Positions 39,818 through 49,123 of a stretch of DNA of 64,000 nucleotides are shown piece by piece. Source of the stretch: Antedon mediterranea (Eukaryota > Animalia > Echinodermata); assembly GCF_964355755.1 (NCBI RefSeq), contig NC_092672.1, positions 1,302,001 through 1,366,000 on the forward strand, written 5' to 3'. The notes beneath the pieces are model-generated. The model worked only from the letters and a program-made list of their open reading frames with translations, did not search any database and was not told the DNA's origin. The translations under genes were made by a program, and so were the position numbers. How positions within the stretch are numbered: position 1 is the first letter of the stretch; every line of letters begins with the position of its first letter.

Positions 39818-40368
39818 AGCGTTTTTCCACCACACCTGGTCGGGTCCGGTAAGGGTGAGTGAGTGACCGAGCGGTTAAGACAGTGGAACCGTAATTACGT
39901 AGCCATAATATCGGCAGGGGTTCGAGGCTCACTCACTCCATGGTTCTGGTGGTAGAACGAGTCTTCTCGGATAAGGACTATAAACCGTAGGTCCAGTGTA
40001 CACATCTAGCTCGTGTGCACTTTAAAAGAACCTAGTACATCTTTCGAGACGAGTAGGGGGTTACCCCGGTGTATTAGTACATCACAGCCACTGATCACCA
40101 ACTGGGCCCTCTGGGAGACCAGTCTTTGACTGAAGAGGTTACCCAGTATAAATATAAATTTCAATCAATCAGTCCAGTTCAGACAAATAACATCGCATTT
40201 CGATGTTTTCATGCGCGCGTGGCCGGCTATGAACCAATCTTTTTACTCGACATGCGCGCATCCGCGTGGCGCGTCGTGAAAACGATAAAAAAAACTCTCG
40301 CACAATCTGACGTGAAGCCTGCACGTCACTGGAGCCGGATCCTGAACGGAGCAGGTGTGATGAGACCT
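39818..40368. mobile_element. Degenerate Harbinger-like MITE hosting a SINE insertion
   Basis: TAA-agcg...cacacctg...tccgg left end and ccgga...caggtgtgatgagacct-TTA right end; imperfect TIR. Confidence 0.45.
39856..40171 (+). mobile_element. tRNA-derived SINE with Deu/Nin-like central domain
   Basis: tRNA-like head (tgaccgagcggttaag, ggttcgag, ends tcactcca at 39940); body ggataaggactataaaccgtaggtcc...gagtagggggttaccccggtgt resembles the DeuSINE domain as recalled; (tcaa)n tail. Confidence 0.72.
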
Positions 40369-41021
40369 TTAATTCTCATTTTACCACGACTAGCAGCAAT
40401 AACGTTATGATATCTGTAGACACCAACTCACTAGGGTGTGCTTACTGCAGTAATTATGTTTTCCATCTAAATTACTATGGTCTCTCATGTTATGGTTCCT
40501 TGTATAACGTTACTATCACTTCCCTATTCCCAGATGTGCGTATCTATGTTAAACATTAGGCCTACATTTTCTACTAATTAATTCAATACCAAACCCAAAT
40601 ATTGCACTCATAATAGGTAATTCATGATTGATTTAAGGGTGATTCATTGATATATTCAATGTTCAATATAGAAACTTTTTGTAAATTTGTTGCAACAGAC
40701 GTAATGTATCCAATAATTGGGCAGACGAGACAATGATGTATAACAAGTGTAAAATTTTTAAAATAAAACAAATTTATACTGAGCTTATTATACTTATTAT
40801 ACATAATATGCAAGAAATTAGACATTTAGGTTACAACTTGACAAGAGCAATCTTTTTCTTTAACCTCATATTGTCATTTTAAAAGTTGATGTTACCTACT
40901 AATTTATTGGCAATACAATGAACGAACGAATGAATGAACAATATGAATCTAAATGTGTAGTTAGTAAAGACAAAAACATTAAACAATTTGATAAAATAAT
41001 TTCAAAAAGTATTTCACGTAC

Positions 41022-41132
41022 CTGTAAAATGTCGTAAACTTGTTGTTTTTCGTAAGGACTGATGCTCCTGGCGTAGATACATGATACGAGTAGTAATAAT
41101 GGCAATAGGGTACCAGCCAATACCTGCGACAT
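41022..41132 (-). CDS. SS2: Somatostatin-like (SS2-type) precursor, exon 1: signal peptide MSQVLAGTLLPLLLLVSCIYA-RSISPYEKQQVYDILQ
   Basis: ATG, hydrophobic signal peptide, donor cag|gtacgt in phase 0, compatible with exon 25628-25368. The join across 15.4 kb is inferred. Confidence 0.8.
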
Positions 41133-41288
41133 GTTGATAAAAAGAAACTATAAAAATGAAGAGAGAATTCAATGCTCTTAGTTTAGTTGCCTCGATGTTT
41201 CCCGCTTGAATTTGGATGAAAAATAAAACGAATGTCTGTCGTCTGCTGGCAGTGCCCGTCGTCTGCTGCTCGCTTGCTTCACAAGTCC

Positions 41289-41493
41289 TAATATAAGCGA
41301 AACCACTTTCTATTGTGCAAACCTAATTAGCCCTATTCAACGTCTGGAACAGACAAGCCTACCGCCCACCTAATCACAGTTGAATATCTATTGAAAAAAA
41401 CCACTAATATACACTGGCCTTATTTATTCATTAGCTTTTGAAAAAAAGAACTGATTATTGAATTAATACGGTGATGATCAAGTAGTGACGTCA
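41289..41493 (-). promoter_or_regulatory. Putative SS2 promoter: TATA-like TATATTA (41295-41289), homeodomain-type TAATTA sites, consensus CRE TGACGTCA (41486-41493)
   Basis: Motifs read directly, about 160-360 bp upstream of the ATG; function inferred. Confidence 0.5.
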
Positions 41494-42522
41494 TGATTAT
41501 GTTCAATGCCTTAAGTAGGAGCGAAGGATGGATTCGCTAATACCAATTATGGGATTGTAGGCGCGTAGTCATCATTCTGGTCCTTAGCATTTTTATTAAG
41601 ATTGCTAATTAGCTCATTGTTTAGAGTTTTGTTAATATCCACGTCCTGCAATTAGTTGATTAATGAGATTAATGGGTGAAGCCCAATACAGAAGATAGTT
41701 ATCTCTTATCAACAGTCACGCGTTGTTTGCGTTTAATCCGTGTTAAGCCAAGTGCGTCCTATGTAACCAAGCTTAAAGCTTGCGTCCTAGGTAACCAAGC
41801 TTAAAGCTTGGTTACCTAGGACGCAGCGCTGTTTTAGCGCAAATGCAAGTTCGACCAATCACGAGACGTAATGGATGATGATTCATTTATCTTTAGGACG
41901 CGCGCAGCGCAAGTGTGTGTACGTAAGCGCGCAGACACGCAAGTTTGACAAGTCACGACGCGATGGATGATGACATAGCAAGGGGAGTATAATGCCATCA
42001 CCAATTTGCATGTAAGGGAAAGCCATAGTTTTTAAAAGTACACACACACACACAACTTTTCCCAGCATGAGTTGTTTTATTTTCACACTTCAGGATACAG
42101 TGTTTCAGGTAGTGCTGCGCATGAACTTTATAAAAACCTTCCGTTCAACCGACATATGATTATTGTAAACGCTATTTTTGGTATTTTGCCTTAAGATGTT
42201 TACGTTCTTTCACATGTGATACTTTTACAGATATTGTACATTGTTATTTTAGGCTTTGTTTGTACCATTTCAACTCTTCTGCATGTTAACGTACTGAACC
42301 GAAATTCAATCAAATAATAACCCTCCTGATTATTATAGTGCACAACCCCCGGTGTTTGTAAATAATAATTATAAACATTTAAATCGATAGTATTTCTAAG
42401 CTTCGTTTACTGATACGTGACTATTTACTTTCTAAACTGTTCACAATTGAATCAAATTTGGTAGAAAATCCCCGTGGTCTATTCTAAACATTGTAACTTT
42501 TATCGGTATCAATATTTCTTTA

Positions 42523-42663
42523 GTGTCATAGGAAAATTCTCTTACAGCATCACATGTGTTTCACATGTATCACCGAAAGTATCCTAGATCATACACTAAC
42601 CTTTAAATTAACCTAACATGTGATGCACATGTGATGCTGTATTACCAAAGTTTCCTATGGCAT
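42523..42663. mobile_element. Short fold-back MITE
   Basis: gtgtcataggaaa...tacagcatcacatgtg pairs with cacatgtgatgctgta...tttcctatggcat; related fragment at about 26217-26272. Confidence 0.7.
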
Positions 42664-42859
42664 TGAAAGGCAAATATTATCGTATGTGAAGATGCACTGA
42701 TAATTATTTTGTAAAATATCTTTGTATCTATATTTATTGCATATTGACATCTGGCTTACTTATTCTTGTTATATTAAAGGGTTTGTAATTGGGTCCGTGA
42801 GGCAAGATGCATACTTCTAGTTTGAATCAAATAAAGGCGTTGCTTTCTATTTGTGTTTC

Positions 42860-43112
42860 ACACATTATTACTAATAACGATAAATTGCCTCATGATCTAA
42901 ACGAATATGTAACACTTATCACCCATTCACATGAAACTAGACAAAAATGTAAGGGAAATCTATACCAGCATAAGGCAAATAGTACATCCGGCCAATTTTC
43001 CATTACCTGTATAGGCACGAAAATATGGAACGAAATACCAATACAAGTCCGGGAAATTAAATATAGGAAACATTTTAAAACCAAAGTCATAGAACTCCTG
43101 TTGGAGTCATAA
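42860..43112 (+). mobile_element. Non-LTR retrotransposon (CR1/L2-group) ORF2 C-terminal fragment
   Basis: HSHETRQ...FSITCIGTKIWNEIP...FKTKV fits the H.Y.TR...S....G...WN.LP...FK..L tail typical of these ORF2s; AT-rich 3' UTR-like sequence to about 43610. Confidence 0.7.
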
Positions 43113-43253
43113 AATGTATGAGTAAATGTATGGCATTAATATACATGTGTGTATATGTATGTATATACAATTGAAACGGAATGGTGTATGTGTGTATGTA
43201 TGTATATATAAATCCAAAGGCAAATTACTGAAAAAAATGACAATGCTGTGGGT

Positions 43254-43400
43254 ATCAGTGGCTGGATCTCAATGGAGATACAAAAATAAAAAGCGAAAAG
43301 CTAAATCAAAACGATAAAGTAAACAGCCAGAAAAGTTAGCAGAGCTTTCGGGCAACACTAGCCCTTCATCAGTGCAAGTGAAGGAATTTGGATAACGTCA
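43254..43400 (-). mobile_element. Penelope-like terminal repeat fragment carrying a hammerhead; second truncated copy at 44287-44394
   Basis: About 110-bp direct repeat atcagtggctggatctcaat...tttcgggcaacactagcccttcat present twice, 1 kb apart. Confidence 0.6.
43339..43375 (-). ncRNA. Minimal type I hammerhead ribozyme-like motif, Penelope-type
   Basis: Minus strand: gca-CUGAUGA-a-GGGC-uaguguu-GCCC-GAAA-GCUC-ugc; intact core, palindromic AGCU helix III. Confidence 0.72.
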
Positions 43401-44414
43401 TATTATTATTACTATTATTTATTAGTAATTTTAATTACTATATGATTTGTTTGATTTGAATAAAATTGAAATGTTTTAGTTAAACAGGGAGTAGAGCTAG
43501 ATAGGCATGAAGTTGCCTTTTCTCTTCTTCCTTTTTATCCAATTATTTTAATGTTTTATATTTTAATGTTATGTTTATTTATTTTTTGGATGAATAAAGA
43601 AAGAAATCAGATTATTACATTATTATTAGAAGTATTTAATACCGTACAACCTAAACAAGCACATGGGCCTCTTTATTAATGACTCTCTCGGTAGGTTCTT
43701 TTCTAGATGGGCTTCTTTACGAAAAAGAAAAAGCTTCTTCGTGGGCTTCTTTTAGAGGTTTTACATAATTACCAGAATAGATTCATGGTATTACATATGT
43801 TAATAAGTTGAAAGACTCATCACTAGCTTGCACTAATTGAAAAAAAGTTGATATGAAAACATCCGTGTTGTTTTAATCCTTGTTGCTGCTACATTTCTAG
43901 CTGAGTCGGTGGCTGCCGATGAACAATCACCAAGAACTAACACACTGTCCACTGTGCTGTAGCAGCATCACAAAATGTCAACTAAAGCAGTCCTCTATCA
44001 CTGTTTGTGGGCTTGAGTGTTTCGGTGAATTTCTTAAGTAAAATGATTTAAAAAAAAAGAATCGTCGAGATTGCTCTCACAAGCAATTTTGATTATTATC
44101 GTTTGTTTTTCTTTTTCATCCAAAGCCGCGTATATCGTTTTTTATTGTACAGCAAGGTCATCCATCGGACTGGTTCCTTGATTATAGGACACTAGATAAT
44201 GATCATCTTTATAAACACTAAAATAATAAAATATTATTTGAAAAGGTTTAAATATGAGCTACTAAGTTCATGGAAGATCACAACCAATCAGTGGCTGGAT
44301 CTCAATAGAGATACAAAAAAAGCGAAAAGCTAAATCAAAACGATAAAGTAAAACAGACAGAAAAATTAGCTTTCGGGCAACACTAGCCCTTCATATATAA
44401 TATCGAAACCTGAG

Positions 44415-44459
44415 CTGCTCTGACGAGATCTGATAAGATCGAAACAGTACTGTCTGCAG
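44415..44459 (+). ncRNA. Type I hammerhead ribozyme-like motif
   Basis: cugcu-CUGACGA-GAUCU-gaua-AGAUC-GAAAC-aguacu-GUC-ugcag; canonical core and GUC triplet, predicted cut after 44454; helix III is the palindrome ACAGUACUGU; U-U mismatch at the base of stem I. Confidence 0.8.
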
Positions 44460-44464
44460 ATTGG

Positions 44465-44467
<3 letters not shown>

Positions 44468-44507
<40 letters not shown>

Positions 44508-44545
44508 GGTGTAGTATCATATTATGATACTACACCAATTATATA
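44468..44545. repeat. (TA)n microsatellite running into a perfect 47-bp palindrome
   Basis: tatataattggtgtagtatcata-t-tatgatactacaccaattatata (44499-44545). Confidence 0.92.
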
Positions 44546-46989
44546 AAGAATAAAAGTACTACTATGGAATTAGTGTGGTCATTTTAACAGAGATAACATC
44601 TATTAGACGTATTTAATACACCACCTACAGTAGATCTAACTGACTTTCGATCGTCAGTTAGATACTATTTAGTGACAGCTGCAGAACTAGGTGAACGCAT
44701 ATTAGTAGGCCTACTATACAGTTTATCGTAATCACACCCAGTAAAATAGTATGTTCAATCCTTAAAATTTATCACAGGATCTGTATTGTTTATTTTGGCT
44801 TAGTAGTATGAAATAGCGACATTTTGTTTACAGGATTACTCGTGTCATGTAATGAGTTAGTCCTTATTTATATTTTCCTGCTACGTCAACAGCATTTACA
44901 TACATGAATCAATAATTGCTAGTTGCTGGTAAGCTAAATAATGTAGGTCTTAGGGTATCTGACTAACCTATGCCAATGTGCTATTCTCTTCGAAAATATC
45001 TTAATAACTAATTTAACATTTTTTCCTTTAAAAACAACAAAGTGAAATTATCATCATCTTCCTATACGGTGCAGAACCTCATTTGAGTATTGTCACATAT
45101 GGGTTGGTCACATTTATACAGCTGGGCTTCATCATTTTCTTTAAATTAATGGTTCCACCAAAAAAATTAAATTCAAGCTTTACGATTGAACCATGTTCTA
45201 TATCACTTAACTCCTAAAGATGATGCGTGTATCAATTGTAAATAAAACAAATGTCGATAAACTTCTGACCATTTTGTATAATATAACTTAATCCCGACAA
45301 TTTCTGTATACAAATCCTTTTACTATAATATAAGAATATTTTAATATTATTAAAATAATCTTATAAAGTTGTTTTTGTTTTGACAAAAAGTGCATTATGT
45401 TATACAAACATCTATACTATCATTTTTACTTAAACCGAATTTTTGTAGACATTTTTTTTAGTCAGATTTTGGATAATACAGTACGGTATAATTTCTCTAT
45501 TGGTAGAGTAAAACGGATTTAGAGTATATAAAAAGAAAAAGGGGACAAAAGAAAAATCATTTGGCTAATGGTTATACACACAAATAATAGAATACATTGC
45601 GTGACGGTTAGTTTTCTAGAAGTCTTACATTGTAACAAAAGCTTTTCAGTTCGTACACAATATTTTAAGTCTAAAAATATTTCTTTGTGTCGAGCGCGCA
45701 TATACTTGTTCACGTGGGATATGACGTCAACGGATATGATTGCGTTTCTGACATGATAGACTACTGAAACATAACATGGAAGCCATTCTGTCATGAGAGA
45801 CTCTGCAACATAACATGGAAGCCATTTGGTTCAAAATTATTGTGCTTTAATTTCTCACAATCATGACATTATGAAGTTCACTGACATTAGAACACGCGCG
45901 AATAAAACAGGCACCTCGTGGCCGGCGAAAAAACTTGATTCAATACGCTACTGTTGACACTATACTTGATATTATAATGAAAAACCTATGATGCTAGAAA
46001 CTATAGCAGCAGGTGATGGTGAATTGTTAATTTAACGAAATCATCGATCACTCTTAACGGATCGAAAGTCAAGAATGTCTGTTTTTATTGACAGCTTTGT
46101 ATTAAACTTAACACAAACAATTCGCTTTCTTCGTTTTCTTCGGTTCAAAGTTATACTTCACTCAAATATTTTAAAACAACATACGGGTTACAACTACGAT
46201 GACGACAATACAGAGTTCGCGCCAACTCGATGACGTCACATTTTGAGCTAATATTTTTGTTTTACATCGACACCCAAGCTTGAGGAAAATTAAAACGTGG
46301 CAAAAAAAAAAACACCTGACGTGTTTCATTGGGTACATGTGAATAATAAATTGTATTTTATTTCTGATGTAATGTATCCCTTGATAATTTTGGCGAATTA
46401 AAATTGATGTATGTTTTAAAACATGAAAATAATAGGATATGTCACGTAATCCGTCAAAGTTAACGAGGATAGAAATCAGACAACTATGTTTACCTAATGT
46501 TCTACTAAGCAGGTGGCAAACCAAAATCCTATACAACTTTCTGTCAACATCATTTGTTCGTAAAATATATTTTACAAATATGTTTTCTTTTTTTTTTATT
46601 TTTTTTAGTTGTTAGTGTTATCTGTTATGAGACGATACCATTTCACTGTGTGTTTTACAGCAGCAGTTATATATAATTATATTTCTTGGATTTTCTTATT
46701 TCTTAAATTTCATTTCTACTGTTCTATGGTTATGTATACAGGCTAGAATTATAAACAAGTCATTTATGTAATTGATAGCCTCTCCCTTCATTGACACCTA
46801 TTTTGTTGTTCTTTTTGCTATAAAGTTATATAGATGAAGTTCCAGTGTCATTGGTATTGAAAATGGAGAATAAAACTGAAAACTAAATAAATGTTGTTGT
46901 TGTAATTGAAAGTTTGCATAATTTACAACTACAACTAGTGCAATGTAAGCTTTGCGACTTTAGTCAAATATGTTAATGAGCTGTGACGT

Positions 46990-47125
46990 AAAGTGCTTAA
47001 TCTCGGTGGTTTTTGGAAGCATGTTGCATCAACAACCGCTTCAGGGAGAAACTTAATAAAATGATTCCATACTAACTTAACATCGGAAACATTCAACACA
47101 TTTGGCCAATCAGAAGCAAATAAAA
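46990..47125 (-). mobile_element. Decayed LINE ORF2 fragment (endonuclease-RT linker)
   Basis: SDWPNVLNVSDVKLVWNHFIKFLPEAVVD resembles the DW..V....DV...W..F...L...VD linker motif. Confidence 0.45.
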
Positions 47126-47386
47126 GTAGTAACTCGTTTCTAATGATAATCAGAGGCACATATGATAATCTTACCTCGTATACATATCTTTCGGGATTCA
47201 ATGCAATTTACTAGTTTTATTTTCAGTTCCAAATTAAATTCATTCTTTCTTTAGAAAACAAAAATCTACAGAACTGTTATTGTAAGGCGATTAACATCAT
47301 GTGATTACAAAGATATTGGATAATTTTTTTTCCAATAAAAATGAATATCTTAACGACTCTTCCAACGTACACAACATAGTTTATAC

Positions 47387-47543
47387 AGCTCTGTCTACAC
47401 TATCAAACCAGTTTGACAAAAAAAGTGTGATCGTGCCCATATATGGTAGTGATATGCCGAAATATGGTATAGTGATATGACATCATCATGTATGGGCACA
47501 TTATATTTTTTGTTACATTAAGTTTAATAGTGTAGACAGGGCT
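47387..47543. mobile_element. MITE family A copy
   Basis: agctctgtctacactatcaaac ... agtttaatagtgtagacagggct-TAA. Confidence 0.82.
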
Positions 47544-48484
47544 TAAAACCCTGTTGTGGTTTATTATGACACGAACACTTGTATAATCTTATTCTATGAG
47601 ACAAATCCAAAATTTGTTGTCAAAGTTCCACATGACATTGTACGAACATTCTGTTTAATGTGGGTCAGAATGTGACGATGTTAGGAAGCCTGAAATCAGC
47701 AAATTACAGGTAAGATGAGATCGAAAAGACTTTGGGCATAACGCAAGAGTTTGTTAGATCTTGTCAGTATTCATTTTCTGCAAATAAAATGACAAATTGA
47801 AAGTGAGGTTATCTTAACTGAAACCTATTACCGATCATCTCAAATTCACAAAATTCCACGTGGCCGCAGCTACGCGCGCACCTATTGAGTTATTCTACGC
47901 ATGATCCGCGTTAGGATGTACGCGCGCAGATAGAGCGTACCACACTGTATGTTGGCGAGCTTTACTTACAGCCAAGGGGACAAATTGTTCTTCTATCGTA
48001 ATCATGTTTTAGAACGGCTATAATCAAGAAATAATAATTTATGTATAAAAATTATTAAAATCATTAAACTAACTGATTACGTCGAAATATTTAAAATATA
48101 GTGTAGGCCTATTCTAAAGCGAAAGAGTTATTGTAATTTTTCTCCAAAATAATGATCTTGATAAACATTACGGCTAATTGTTTAAATGTATTACCGTACT
48201 CTGCTGCTATAATGTAATACAATTATATCTTTAATGGATAACACATTAGCGCGTAGTGCGTACAAATAATGATAAAATTAAATTTAGCCTCAGATTAATT
48301 AAGGCATATAACATAACAATGCTATATTAATTAAAACATCAATATTTCATGGTAGCTTAGTTGTAACATTCAGGAATCTATGAATAATCAATAAAGATGT
48401 ATTGTTCCGAAAAAATTGAAAACAAAATTTACAAATACATTTGAATATAATTCTTATTTAGTTAAATTACGTTTGTTATCGTAA

Positions 48485-49123
48485 GGCTCTGTCCACACTA
48501 TTAAACTAGTTTGCCAAAAAAAGTGTCATGTGCTGAAATATGGTAGTGATATGCCCAAATGTGGTAGTGATATGCCTAAATATGGTAGAGATATGCTCAA
48601 ACATGGTGGTGATATGTCCAAATATGGTAGTGATATGCTCAAATATGGTAGTGATATGCTCAAATATGGTAGTGATATGCTTAAATATGGTAGTGATATG
48701 CCCAAATATGGTAGTGATATGCTCAAATATGGTAGTGATATGCTCAAATATGGTAGTGATATGCTCAAATATGGTAGTGATATGCCCAAATATGGTAGTG
48801 ATATGCTCAAATATGGTAGTGATATGCTCAAATATGGTGGTGATATGCTCAAATATGGTAGTGATATGCTCAAATATGGTAGTGATATGCCCAAATATGG
48901 TAGTGATATGCTCAAATATGGTAGTGATATGCTCAAATATGGTAGTGATATGCTCAAATATGGTAGTGATATGCTCAAATATGGTAGTGATATGCCCAAA
49001 TATGGTAGTGATATGCTCAAATATGGTAGTGATATGCTCAAATATGGTAGTTATATGCTCAAATATGGTAGTGATATGCTCAAATATGGTAGTGATATGA
49101 CGTTATCATGTCCATATATGGGC
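48485..49123. mobile_element. MITE family A copy with the internal 21-bp unit expanded to 27 copies; right TIR lost
   Basis: Left TIR ggctctgtccacactattaaactagtttg, array (atgctcaaatatggtagtgat)x27 at about 48530-49096, then gacgttatcatgtccatatatgggc. Confidence 0.92.

Noticed and set aside
40899-41021. C-terminal half of the 77-aa ORF 40899-41132
   Set aside because: Read-through into the intron past the cag|gtacgt donor.
44366-44394. Second copy of the minus-strand hammerhead as an active ribozyme
   Set aside because: Core truncated (CUG missing) and 5 nt deleted at the cleavage site.
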